Shown piece after piece: positions 9,435 through 19,020 of a DNA stretch of 64,000 nucleotides. Under the pieces are notes generated by a model. It had not been told where the DNA came from and did not search any database. It saw nothing but the letters and a program-made list of their open reading frames with translations. Positions within the stretch are counted from its first letter, which is position 1, and each line of letters opens with the position of its first letter. The translations under genes were made by a program, and so were the position numbers. The DNA is taken from NCBI GenBank assembly GCA_963697165.1, contig CAVOMX010000011.1, positions 128,001 to 192,000 on the forward strand, read 5' to 3'. The DNA is from Candidatus Bathyarchaeota archaeon. GTDB taxonomy: Archaea > Thermoproteota > Bathyarchaeia > Bathyarchaeales > Bathyarchaeaceae.

Positions 9435-10695
9435 GGCTTCTCAGGAACGTTTCGAACATTACCTTTCTTGAGGTAGCTGATTTTATGTCGTAAACGGTTA
9501 CAAGATTCTCCAGCGACGATTCGACGGAAACAACGTAATCTGTCTCCGTGATCTTTCCATATTCTACTGTTTTTTCGAGACTTCTTCTTGTTACTTCCAA
9601 TGAGGCTATGACTCCTGCTTTGCGAAGAGTCTTAACTGCCTCTACTGCGGCGTTTCTAAATTTGGATGATACAATAACTCTTGTTTTTGTGTTACTTGGA
9701 ATTTCGAAGCCCTGTGCTGTGAGGGCTTGAAGCAGTTTCCCGATTTCCAATGCGAAGCCTATTGCGGGTAACCTAAGTTTTCCGAATTTTTCGATGAAGT
9801 TATCGTATCTTCCTCCACTGCCGAGGGGAAGACCCAAGTTTGGAACTGATGCCTCGAACACCATTCCCGTGTAGTATTCAATCTTTTTTGTTAAGGAAAA
9901 ATCGAAGAAAACCACATCTTCTACTTTATAGTCTTTTAGTGTTTCTTGAAGTTCGGTTAAGCTCTCTAACTGCTTGTTTACTTTATCATATTTTGAGCCG
10001 GTGAGAGATACTGCCGAGACTTCATTTAATCTTCTACAGCTGGAAAGCTTAAGGAACGCTTCTCTCAGATTTGAGGGGAAACTGTTCTGTTCCATGAACT
10101 TCTTTAGCCCCACGGAGTCTCGGCACGCTAGTAGACCCTGAACAGAGACTTTTTGCGGATCATCTAATCCTGCCGAATCTAGTAGGTCTTTGAGGAGGCT
10201 GGCGTGACCCAAATCGATTCTTACTTCATTCAAGCCAACCTGTTTGAGGGAAGATATGAGTATTGCCAGTATTTCGGCGTCAGCTTCAGATGTGTTGCAG
10301 CCGACAAGTTCAACTCCTGCTTGGCAGAACTCTCTTTCTCTATTGAGGTAGGATTGACTGTACCTGAAAACGTTGTTGATGTAAAATAGCCGAATTGGCT
10401 CGGGTGCAGATTGCATTCTGGTTGTCACGATTCTTGCGACTGGCGCAGTCATTTCGGCTCTTAGTGCCAAAAGTTTTCCGTCGAAGTCTTGGAACTTGAA
10501 CATGGCGTCGACCAGTTCTGAACCTACGCCTGTGGATAGTGTTTCGACGAATTCGATTGTGGGGGTGCGGACTTCGCTGTAGTTCCATAGTTCAAAAGTT
10601 TCTTTTAGTAGGTCTTCGATGTAGCGGTATTGTTTTGCTTCGTTAGGCAGTATGTCTTTTGTTCCTTTTGGGGCGTGTAGGCGTGTGAAGGTTAT
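9418..10695 (-). CDS. hisZ: ATP phosphoribosyltransferase regulatory subunit (HisRS paralogue); probable ATA start at 10695
   Basis: The frame continues upstream of the ATG at 10503 through the conserved N-terminus (APKGTKDILP...FELWNYSEVRTPTIEF). Also LRAEMT, REF.QAGVE, YYTG, GGRYD. Adjacent to short hisG. Confidence 0.88.
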   Translation of the reverse strand: MTFTRLHAPKGTKDILPNEAKQYRYIEDLLKETFELWNYSEVRTPTIEFVETLSTGVGSELVDAMFKFQDFDGKLLALRAEMTAPVARIVTTRMQSAPEPIRLFYINNVFRYSQSYLNREREFCQAGVELVGCNTSEADAEILAILISSLKQVGLNEVRIDLGHASLLKDLLDSAGLDDPQKVSVQGLLACRDSVGLKKFMEQNSFPSNLREAFLKLSSCRRLNEVSAVSLTGSKYDKVNKQLESLTELQETLKDYKVEDVVFFDFSLTKKIEYYTGMVFEASVPNLGLPLGSGGRYDNFIEKFGKLRLPAIGFALEIGKLLQALTAQGFEIPSNTKTRVIVSSKFRNAAVEAVKTLRKAGVIASLEVTRRSLEKTVEYGKITETDYVVSVESSLENLVTVYDIKSATSRKVMFETFLRSLGGQP

Positions 10696-10720
10696 TCCTC
10701 CTTTGCATTATTTATCCTCC

Positions 10721-10796
10721 GTGGGTAATTTGTGGGTTGAAACCCATATTCCACACATCTTATATAAAGGTTTTCGGAAGGATTAGTGGAGACCAC
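10721..10796. promoter_or_regulatory. Divergent his / regulator promoter with palindromic TATA and candidate operators
   Basis: TTATATAA at 10760-10767; inverted repeat TGGGTT-GA-AACCCA at 10733-10746; GTGG-AGA-CCAC at 10786-10796. Confidence 0.55.
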
Positions 10797-10801
10797 AAAA
10801 C

Positions 10802-11209
10802 ATGCGAATGACCGAAATAGTCAGAGTAGACTCCAGAGGAAGAATTACCATGCCCTCATCCATTCGCGAAGCAGTAAGACTCTCAGAAGGAATGTACGTC
10901 ATGCTGATAGCCGATTTAGACGAAAAAGAAATACGAATCACCCCCTTCGCCGACCCAGAAGCAATACTCGTTGAATTAAGAATCACATTCTCAGACATCC
11001 CCGGCGCCCTAGCAAAAGCCGCAAGCATCCTAGCAAAACAGGGCGTCGACCTGCTATCCAGCGAATCTAGGACTCTTCGGAGAGGAAAATCGGCTGAATG
11101 GGTTATAGTCGCCGACGTTTCAAGATGCAAATGCAAACTGGAAGAACTGGAGCAGAAAATAGTTGCAGAAGGCACTGCAGAGCAAGTCAAGTTCCGCAAC
11201 TATTCCTAG
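10802..11209 (+). CDS. AbrB/MazE-type DNA-binding domain fused to an ACT domain (putative amino-acid-responsive regulator)
   Basis: N-terminal VRVDSRGRITMPSSIRE (AbrB) and C-terminal FSDIPGALAKAASIL (ACT). Confidence 0.85.
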   Translation: MRMTEIVRVDSRGRITMPSSIREAVRLSEGMYVMLIADLDEKEIRITPFADPEAILVELRITFSDIPGALAKAASILAKQGVDLLSSESRTLRRGKSAEWVIVADVSRCKCKLEELEQKIVAEGTAEQVKFRNYS

Positions 11210-11259
11210 AGTTCTGTTATAAGCGCCCAGAAAGTTACTTTTCATCGGAGTGACTGAAC

Positions 11260-11817
11260 ATGGAAGAGAGGGCCTATTTGCTGTTCGGCATTTTTGGACC
11301 TGCACTAGTTTACCTATCCATAATTGTGTCGCTTGTTCTTTCGCCGTGGTTCAGCTGGGAAAGCAACGCCTTAAGTGACCTTGGACACGCAGTTACCAGC
11401 AGTGCCGCCTCCATATTTAATCTAGGTTTGTTGATGGCAGGCTTTTTTCTGATGATTTATGCGGCGACGGTTTTCAAAAAGCACGCCAAGTATAGTAGCT
11501 TCTGTTTGTTGATTTCAACTTTTTTGGTTCAGTTATTAGCCACATTTAACGAGGCGTATGGTTCGCTTCATTATGCGGTGGCTGTGCCTCACTTTGTAAT
11601 GTTGAGCATCACTTCCATCGCGTATACCTTAGAAAAAAGGTCAACTTTTGCTCTTGTCACCTTTCTAATTGTCATGTTCTCGTGGTTACTTTATGCATTA
11701 AACATATTCAACATTGGAATTGCTGTTCCAGAAATGGTGTCAAAACTTGTTGTCTTATGGATAATGTACTCTGCCATCAGAATCTACTTTGGCAAAGAAT
11801 CTGTTAGTACATTGTGA
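11260..11817 (+). CDS. DUF998-like membrane protein
   Basis: SPWFSW..NALSDLG motif and several hydrophobic helices. Confidence 0.75.
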   Translation: MEERAYLLFGIFGPALVYLSIIVSLVLSPWFSWESNALSDLGHAVTSSAASIFNLGLLMAGFFLMIYAATVFKKHAKYSSFCLLISTFLVQLLATFNEAYGSLHYAVAVPHFVMLSITSIAYTLEKRSTFALVTFLIVMFSWLLYALNIFNIGIAVPEMVSKLVVLWIMYSAIRIYFGKESVSTL

Positions 11818-12307
11818 TACTTCTGGTTCCAGGAAGTCTTCTTATCTTTCCGATCAGCTCTGACGGAATATCTCCTTCAAGGATTAGTGTTAATTTGGGG
11901 TGCTCACTTATGCTCGGGTCCTCTGCCAGCGCCTGCCTTATGCTAAGTCCATTCTCTGACACAATCTTTGTAACATCGGCTATTATGCCTGTCTGGCTGG
12001 CATTTTCAGGAACAAAAACAATAACGCTCAGGTTAAATTCACGAGCGACCTCCTGCAGCGAACACACTTGTCTAAGATTCATGTAGATTCTTTTCAGTTC
12101 GTTCTTTGAGAGTATTGTTTGAACGGTGCTGTCGACGGCTCGGCGTTCAACACCCACTTCCTTTCCGATTTGGGTGTGCGGTATCTCTATTCCTCCGCTG
12201 ACGACTTTACCGTCTTCTCTGACTTGGAATCCTCTATCGAACAAGAGCTGTGCAACACGTTGTTGGGCTGGAAAATCCTTGAAGAAATCCTTGATTCGAC
12301 TCCACAT
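11804..12307 (-). CDS. Archaeal regulator of amino acid metabolism with HTH and ACT domains (COG2150-like)
   Basis: MW..I...F..FPAQ..VA, IEIPHT.I...GVERRAV, C-terminal ACT (GIIADV...GLSIRQA). Divergent from trpB2. Confidence 0.8.
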   Translation of the reverse strand: MWSRIKDFFKDFPAQQRVAQLLFDRGFQVREDGKVVSGGIEIPHTQIGKEVGVERRAVDSTVQTILSKNELKRIYMNLRQVCSLQEVAREFNLSVIVFVPENASQTGIIADVTKIVSENGLSIRQALAEDPSISEHPKLTLILEGDIPSELIGKIRRLPGTRSITMY

Positions 12308-12409
12308 ATGAAACCATCTCAAGGTACACTGTTGTTCGGCAAAGCTTATATAAATGCTTCAGGGTAAAAAAAGTTTATTCTCAAATCCGATAAAAGAAAG
12401 TGATTATTA

Positions 12410-13801
12410 ATGGCATCTAAAAAGATATTGTTAGACGAAGAGGAAATACCAAAACAGTGGTACAACATTTTACCCGATCTTCCCAAAGAATTGCCGCCCA
12501 TGATTCATCCAGGAACAAGGGAACCCGTGAAGCTTCCGCCTCCGTTGTTTGCACTTGAGTGCCTCAAACAGGAGTACAGCATGGAACGTTGGATAGACAT
12601 ACCTGAACCAGTTCGTGAGGCGTATCGAATCTGGAGACCTAGCCCACTATTCAGGGCAACTGGTCTAGAGAAGGCGTTGAAGACTCCAGCCAAAATTTAC
12701 TATAAGTACGAGGGAGTTAGCCCTGCAGGAAGCCACAAGACAAACACTGCTGTAGCCCAAGCATATTACGCTGCAAAAGAGGGACTAGAACGAGTGACAA
12801 CCGAAACTGGTGCAGGACAGTGGGGTTCCGCTTTGTCCTTTAGCAGCCAGTTGTTTGGAATTGACGCTACGGTTTACATGGTAAGTGCAAGCTATCACCA
12901 GAAACCATACAGAAAAGTTATGATGGAAACTTGGGGCGCCGAAGTCTTTCCAAGCCCAACGAACAGAACGAAAAGCGGCAGAGCAGTTTTGGAGACTGAC
13001 CCAAACAGCACAGGAAGTCTTGGAATAGCCATCAGCGAAGCAGTTGAAGAAGCCCTCACTACTGATAACGTAAAATATACTATAGGAAGCGTCGTTAACC
13101 ACGTTCTGCTGCATCAAACTGTTATCGGTCTTGAAACTCAGAAGCAGTTGGCGATGGTGGATGAGTATCCTGACCAGATTATCGGCTGTATAGGTGGAGG
13201 GAGCAGTTTCTCAGGACTTTTCTGGCCATACTACCACGACAAAGTCAAAGGTAAAGCCCAGAAGGAAACAGAGTTTATCGCAGTTGAGTCTTCGGCATGT
13301 CCGAAGGTTACGAAAGGATACTACACCTATGATCACGGAGACACAGCAAAAATAATACCGTTAGTCAAAATGCATACAGTAGGTCACACTTTCATACCTG
13401 CACCAATCCACGCGGGAGGATTACGGTATCATGGAATGGCTCCAACTGTCAGTCTGCTAAAAGATGAAGGCGTCATTCAATCTAGAGCATACAACCAGCT
13501 TGTAACCTTTGAAGCGGCAAAACTGTTCACCCAAACTGAGGGAATAATTCCAGCTCCTGAACCATCACACGCGATAAAAGCGGCGATTGACGAAGCAGTC
13601 AAGTGCAAAGAAACTGGCGAAGAAAAAACAATAGTGTTCCTGTTGTGCGGTCACGGACACTTCGACATGCAAGCATACGACGATTACAACCATGGCAGAA
13701 TACTTCCATATGAGTACCCCAAAGCAAAAGTCGACGAAGCTATGAAGAAACTCAAGGCTCTCTACCCGTGGCTCAACAACGAACTATGTAACATCGACTA
13801 A
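12410..13801 (+). CDS. trpB2: Tryptophan synthase beta chain, type 2 (TrpB2)
   Basis: [46 protein letters not shown]. Confidence 0.95.
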   Translation: MASKKILLDEEEIPKQWYNILPDLPKELPPMIHPGTREPVKLPPPLFALECLKQEYSMERWIDIPEPVREAYRIWRPSPLFRATGLEKALKTPAKIYYKYEGVSPAGSHKTNTAVAQAYYAAKEGLERVTTETGAGQWGSALSFSSQLFGIDATVYMVSASYHQKPYRKVMMETWGAEVFPSPTNRTKSGRAVLETDPNSTGSLGIAISEAVEEALTTDNVKYTIGSVVNHVLLHQTVIGLETQKQLAMVDEYPDQIIGCIGGGSSFSGLFWPYYHDKVKGKAQKETEFIAVESSACPKVTKGYYTYDHGDTAKIIPLVKMHTVGHTFIPAPIHAGGLRYHGMAPTVSLLKDEGVIQSRAYNQLVTFEAAKLFTQTEGIIPAPEPSHAIKAAIDEAVKCKETGEEKTIVFLLCGHGHFDMQAYDDYNHGRILPYEYPKAKVDEAMKKLKALYPWLNNELCNID

Positions 13802-13995
13802 AACAAAAACAAATCCCCCTCTCCTTTTCTTCTTTTTTGTTACTTAAACTTTAAACTTGCAGCGGGTAGCCTGGCAATTTTTTGCTGATATTTCAGCGGT
13901 TTAGCGGTAGCAGAAAACCTGTTTCAGGTTTTGGTTTCTTGTTTTTTCATTACCTTAAAGTAACGGCTAGCCTCAGTAAATATGGGGAGCTAAAG

Positions 13996-16113
13996 TTGGT
14001 TAAAGTTTCTAAGATCACCAAAAGGGATGGGCGGATAGTAGGTTTTGATGAAACCAAGATAGCTGATGCCATATTTAAGGCGTTAAATGCTGTGGAGAAG
14101 GGAGATGAAAACTTAGCGAAAGAGCTTACGGTTGAGGTTGTGGGGCTCCTAAACGAAGGTTTTAAAGAGCAGATTCCCAGCGTCGAAAACATTCAGGACA
14201 TAGTTGAGGAGGTTCTCATCAGAAACGGTTACGCTGAGGTAGCAAAAGCATACATCTTGTATCGTCAAAAACGTGCAGAAATCCGAGAGTGTAAACAGTT
14301 CTTTGGAGTTGTTGATGATTTAAAGCTGGGAGTCAACGCAATACATGTGCTGAAAAACAGGTACCTCATGAAAGACAAAGATGGCAAAGTCACTGAGACT
14401 CCCCGCCAAATGTTTCGCAGAGTCGCCAAAGCAGTAGCCAAAGCAGACATTCTCTATGACAAAAACGCTGAGGTTGAACAGACTGAAGAAACATTTTACC
14501 AAGTTATGGTTGACAGACTTTTTCTACCTAACTCTCCGACCCTCATGAATGCAGGCACCAGACTGGGGCAGCTTTCCGCCTGTTTCGTCTTGCCTGTCGA
14601 GGATTCGATTGAGGGTATATTCACTACCCTGAAGTACATGGCGATAATTCATCAGTCAGGTGGAGGAACAGGCTTCTCTTTCTCTAAGCTACGACCTGCA
14701 GGAGATATAGTGGGCTCAACCAAGGGCGTAGCCTCTGGTCCAGTCTCGTTTATGACAATCTATGACGCTGCAACAAACGTCATTAAGCAGGGAGGACGAA
14801 GAAGAGGAGCTAACATGGCAATTTTGGATGTGACCCATCCCGACATTTTACGGTTTATTGAAGCAAAGTCCCAAGAAGGAATCTTGACGAACTTTAACAT
14901 TTCAGTCGCAGTTACGGACAAGTTTATGGATGCAGTGGAGAACAATGCAGAATATGATCTGATAAATCCTCGAAGCGGAAAGGCTGAAAAGAAACTACGG
15001 GCTCGTCACGTTTTTGATTTGTTGGTCGCCAATGCTTGGAGAACAGGAGACCCCGGTCTTGTATTCATTGATGAGATAAATAGGCATAATCCAACTCCGC
15101 AGGTGGGAAAGATATTGAGCACAAACCCGTGTGGAGAACAACCCCTTCTGCCCTTCGAATCATGCAATCTGGGTTCTATCAACTTGGCCATGATGGTGAA
15201 GGACAGTGATGTGGACTGGGAGAAGCTGAAGCGTGTCGTTGGAATTGCGGTTCATTTTTTGGATAACGTTATTGACGTTAACAGGTATCCTGTGCCGGAA
15301 ATCGGGGCGCTCACTAGGGCTAACAGAAAAATTGGTTTGGGCGTAATGGGCTTTGCGGACATGCTCATTATGCTGGGTATTCCTTACGATTCGGAGGAAG
15401 CGTTAGCCCTAGCAGAAAAGGTAATGAAATTCATCAGTGACGAGGCTACGAAGAAATCTGTTGAGACTGGCGAGAAACGTGGAGCTTTCCTCAATTTTAG
15501 AGGTAGCCTCTGGGAAAAGAAAGACTACAAGACAATCCGCAACTCTACGGTCACAACAGTTGCACCCACTGGAACCATAAGCATAATTGCTGGTTGCTCC
15601 GGAGGAATAGAGCCAATCTTCGCCGTGGCTTTTGTTCGAAACGTTATGGATGGCTCAAGGCTGCTGGAGATTCAGCCAACATTTGAAAAGCTGACAAAGC
15701 AGAGAGACTTTAGCCGCAGGGACTTGATTTTGGATGTCGCAAAAACTGGTTCCATACAGAAAATGGAAGATGTTCCAGAGGATACGCGAAGAATCTTTGT
15801 TACATCTTTGGATATTGACCCCAAGTGGCATGTGCGGATGCAGGCGGCGTTCCAGAAGTATGTTGATAATGCGGTGTCCAAGACGGTTAACCTTCCGTCC
15901 TACGCTACCATGGAGGATGTTAGGCGGGTGTATCTGCTGGCTTACAAGCTGAAGTGTAAAGGCATAACAGTTTATCGTTACGGAAGCAAGACAGAGCAGG
16001 TTCTAAATGTTGGTCCAATGTTAACCAAAGAATTGGCTACCGAGAAGCATATGAACTCAGACTCCGAGTATGCAGGCGACTGCCCTCGATGTACACCCTC
16101 TCTAGCGTTTTAG
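13996..16113 (+). CDS. nrdJ: Class II (adenosylcobalamin-dependent) ribonucleotide reductase with N-terminal ATP-cone
   Basis: ATP-cone (ITKRDGR..FDETKI, VE.IQDIVE), PNSPTLMNAG, SACF, TNPCGEQ, APTGTIS. No beta subunit nearby. TTG start at 13996 follows a GGGGAG SD. Confidence 0.9.
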   Translation: MVKVSKITKRDGRIVGFDETKIADAIFKALNAVEKGDENLAKELTVEVVGLLNEGFKEQIPSVENIQDIVEEVLIRNGYAEVAKAYILYRQKRAEIRECKQFFGVVDDLKLGVNAIHVLKNRYLMKDKDGKVTETPRQMFRRVAKAVAKADILYDKNAEVEQTEETFYQVMVDRLFLPNSPTLMNAGTRLGQLSACFVLPVEDSIEGIFTTLKYMAIIHQSGGGTGFSFSKLRPAGDIVGSTKGVASGPVSFMTIYDAATNVIKQGGRRRGANMAILDVTHPDILRFIEAKSQEGILTNFNISVAVTDKFMDAVENNAEYDLINPRSGKAEKKLRARHVFDLLVANAWRTGDPGLVFIDEINRHNPTPQVGKILSTNPCGEQPLLPFESCNLGSINLAMMVKDSDVDWEKLKRVVGIAVHFLDNVIDVNRYPVPEIGALTRANRKIGLGVMGFADMLIMLGIPYDSEEALALAEKVMKFISDEATKKSVETGEKRGAFLNFRGSLWEKKDYKTIRNSTVTTVAPTGTISIIAGCSGGIEPIFAVAFVRNVMDGSRLLEIQPTFEKLTKQRDFSRRDLILDVAKTGSIQKMEDVPEDTRRIFVTSLDIDPKWHVRMQAAFQKYVDNAVSKTVNLPSYATMEDVRRVYLLAYKLKCKGITVYRYGSKTEQVLNVGPMLTKELATEKHMNSDSEYAGDCPRCTPSLAF

Positions 16114-16207
16114 ATGACAGTTTGTTCCTAACAGTAATGACAGAAGTATTTTTAGATAATCACTGCAAATGATTAATAAACCCAAAACGTGCCCTTAGTC
16201 TAAACGG

Positions 16208-16753
16208 TTGGTGTTCAAGATTTACTGCACGAAATGCGGCGAAAAACTGCCTGAAGACTCAAAGTTTTGCACCAAATGTGGAACCCCAGTAACGACTGAA
16301 GCAAAATCAGAGAGCACAGTTGTTGAAAGGTTTGAAAAAGATACACAACTGCAGGAACACTGGATAAAAAGATTAATTGCATATGTCATCGATTACATAA
16401 TTGTGAGCATCGCAACTGGAATTTTGCTTGCCATTGCACAATTGCCGTTCTTTATACTAAATCCTTTAGGGTGGGTTAACCAATTTAGTTTCCAATTTGC
16501 CATAGGCGTACTCGCTGTTATTTATTTCATTATCGCAGAGACCGTTTATGGTACCACAATTGGTAAGAATTTAATGGGTCTCAAAGTTGTTACAACATCC
16601 GATGAAAAGATAAGCATTGAAAAAGCGTTTATACGAAACATAAGCAAAATCCATCCAGTCCTACCTATTTTGGACGTAGTCGGCGGCGTAATAACTTCAA
16701 CAGACCTTCACCAAAAGTACAGCGATCGAATAGCAAACACCACAGTTATTTAG
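16208..16753 (+). CDS. Zinc-ribbon + RDD family membrane protein
   Basis: CTKCG...CTKCG, then RLIAYVID, TIGK.LMGLKVV, SDRIANT.V. Confidence 0.85.
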   Translation: MVFKIYCTKCGEKLPEDSKFCTKCGTPVTTEAKSESTVVERFEKDTQLQEHWIKRLIAYVIDYIIVSIATGILLAIAQLPFFILNPLGWVNQFSFQFAIGVLAVIYFIIAETVYGTTIGKNLMGLKVVTTSDEKISIEKAFIRNISKIHPVLPILDVVGGVITSTDLHQKYSDRIANTTVI

Positions 16754-16809
16754 ATCACAGATTCTGTCAAAACATAGGTTGTCTGGAAACCTAACATTTA
16801 AGCAAATAG

Positions 16810-17289
16810 TTAGATTTTTGAAACCGCTATAACTGCTGCTCTTGCAATCAGGGAAACGCCGACAATTATTATTAGCGTGGACCAAAAGACGAACCATTGC
16901 GTGTTTTCGATAAGGAATAACTGGATTAGAAAGGCTGCTCCTGTCCAGTAAACAAAGTTACCCACGGTTTCTGATCTTTTTTCCCATGACGAAGGAATAA
17001 CGAATCGTAATGCCAAGATGAAGATTTGGAATACAGCCAATGCTATGCTGAATTGTCCAACAGCCTGATAGACTGTCAAGTGTTGAAACGGAAACTCTGG
17101 TCCAATGAATGCCACGTCCGTGTGGGGGACATTAATCAGACCAAAACTTTTTAAGAAGTCCAGAATCTTGTCAAAAAGGTTAGGTGTGATTACAAAAATT
17201 GTTCCCACAAGAAGCAGGAAAAATCCGACAGAAATGGCGGTAAAGACTCCCTCTGGATATTTGCGGTGTGTCTCATTGTTTTCGTTCAA
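16810..17289 (-). CDS. Hypothetical membrane protein (about 4 TM)
   Basis: ORF with hydrophobic helices; TTG start after GAGGTGG. Confidence 0.65.
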   Translation of the reverse strand: MNENNETHRKYPEGVFTAISVGFFLLLVGTIFVITPNLFDKILDFLKSFGLINVPHTDVAFIGPEFPFQHLTVYQAVGQFSIALAVFQIFILALRFVIPSSWEKRSETVGNFVYWTGAAFLIQLFLIENTQWFVFWSTLIIIVGVSLIARAAVIAVSKI

Positions 17290-17421
17290 ACAATTCCACC
17301 TCACTTATTGTTTTCTTACTGTAAGCGCTTATAATATTTCTCTATGAATAATTATAGGGTATATGTTTTAAATACTCATCATTGAAATAATAAATGGTTA
17401 GATTTGTGAAAGGTGAAAGTT

Positions 17422-17829
17422 ATGACTTACTGTCATAAGTGTGGCTCAGAAGTCAAGGAAGAAAATTCATTTTGCTCCCAGTGCGGCGCCGCTCTGAAGG
17501 CTGGAGAACCTAGACCATCTATTGCGCCTGAACGTTACAGAAGCGAAAAGGCAGAAAAACAGGAAAAAAATGAGAAACATGAAAAAGACGAAAAGATGGA
17601 GAAAGGCGGACAACAAGAAAAATATGAGAAGAAAGAGTTCGGCGTTTTAGGTCCACTAATCGGCGGAGTTATCCTGATACTAGTTGGCTTTATGCTGTAT
17701 CTTTCAGTGTCTGGAATTCTTAACATGAGTTCCATCTTTCCCATATTCTTAATCATAATTGGCGCAATCGTTATACTAGGCGTTGCAATAGGCGCAGTTA
17801 TGGCTAAGAGAAAGAATCCGAGACCCTAA
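17422..17829 (+). CDS. Zinc-ribbon protein with EK-repeat linker and two C-terminal TM helices
   Basis: CHKCG...CSQCG, (EKx)n repeats, two hydrophobic segments. Confidence 0.75.
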   Translation: MTYCHKCGSEVKEENSFCSQCGAALKAGEPRPSIAPERYRSEKAEKQEKNEKHEKDEKMEKGGQQEKYEKKEFGVLGPLIGGVILILVGFMLYLSVSGILNMSSIFPIFLIIIGAIVILGVAIGAVMAKRKNPRP

Positions 17830-17895
17830 AAGTTCATGCAGCATTTTCCTTTGAACTAAACGTGCCATATGCTCTTGTTTGTCGATGGGACAGCA

Positions 17896-19020
17896 ATGAT
17901 TGGCGTAGACATCCTAAAACACATTGTTAATCCTTGGCTTGAAGCCTTAAAGAATCCTGCAGAGGCACAGCAGCAAGTCCTAGAGAAACTGCTTGAAGGC
18001 TACGCCAAAACAGGTTACGGAAAAACCCATTATGCTAACGAAACCAAAGACGGTTCTATGTTTTGCGCAAACTTTCCAACAATCAACTATGCTGGTCTAA
18101 GTCCATATCTTGAAGAAGTTAAAGCAGGAAACTACTCTGCCATACTGTCTGAGCCGCCATTATGCTGGGTTATGACCAGAGGCTCCACAGGCAATTCCAA
18201 GGTTCTTCCAGTTACCAAGACCCATATTGAACAGATTTTTTATTGTGGAGCACGAGCAATAACAAACTATGCCCTCAGAATGAACAGCATGGATGTTCTG
18301 TCGGGAAAGATACTGAACCTTAATTTTCCGTCTACAGTAACCACCACAGATGCTGGTGGACAAACGATCACTTATGGATACAGCTCAGGAACCTACGCGA
18401 AACTAAATCCAATGCTTAATCAGGTTAGCCTTCTACCCAGACAGGAGGAAATAGATGCGTTGGGCTCAGGCATCAGCAGACTTGATTGGGAGAAACGGTT
18501 CGAGCTGGTTTATCAGTCTGCCCTGAATCAGCCTGTGGTGGCCGTTATTGGCGTAACGCCTGTGATTCTTTCTTTTGCCCGATACATTAAGCGAAGACAT
18601 GGAAAACAGCCTAAAGACCTGTGGAACTTTAAGGGGCTCATCTGCACCAGCGTGAGAAAGATCCAGTTCAAGTATGGACCTGTTCTCAGGAAACATTTCG
18701 GTGAAGTTCCGATAGTTGAGATGTACAGCGCCACCGAGGGAGCGTTTGCACAGCAGCTTGACGATTTGCCGTATGTTTCTCCAAATTATGATACTTACTA
18801 TTTTGAGGTTGAGACCAGCAAAGACACCAAGATGCTCCACGAACTAAAACGGGGCGAATGGGGGCGGCTCATAATATCGTCTTGCCTGTTTCCCAGATAT
18901 GATATAGGCGATATGATTGAAGCTATGGGAAAAAACTATTTCCGCATATTCGGAAGAGCCAAACCACTAACAATCCTTGAGCACAAGCTATATAGGCTAT
19001 TTTTTAGCGGATTCCTCTAA
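17896..19020 (+). CDS. GH3-like adenylate-forming (acyl-amido synthetase family) protein
   Basis: P..AQ..VL..LL....T.YG, TRGSTG.SK.LP (P-loop), YSATEG, RYDIGD, FRIFGR. Confidence 0.8.
   Translation: MIGVDILKHIVNPWLEALKNPAEAQQQVLEKLLEGYAKTGYGKTHYANETKDGSMFCANFPTINYAGLSPYLEEVKAGNYSAILSEPPLCWVMTRGSTGNSKVLPVTKTHIEQIFYCGARAITNYALRMNSMDVLSGKILNLNFPSTVTTTDAGGQTITYGYSSGTYAKLNPMLNQVSLLPRQEEIDALGSGISRLDWEKRFELVYQSALNQPVVAVIGVTPVILSFARYIKRRHGKQPKDLWNFKGLICTSVRKIQFKYGPVLRKHFGEVPIVEMYSATEGAFAQQLDDLPYVSPNYDTYYFEVETSKDTKMLHELKRGEWGRLIISSCLFPRYDIGDMIEAMGKNYFRIFGRAKPLTILEHKLYRLFFSGFL

Noticed and set aside
9418..10695. Calling this gene hisS
   Set aside because: The motif-2 loop is degenerate (FRYSQSYLNRERE) and it is paired with short HisG; HisZ fits better.
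13996..16113. Intein or intron in the ribonucleotide reductase
   Set aside because: Length and motifs are continuous, with no intein signatures.
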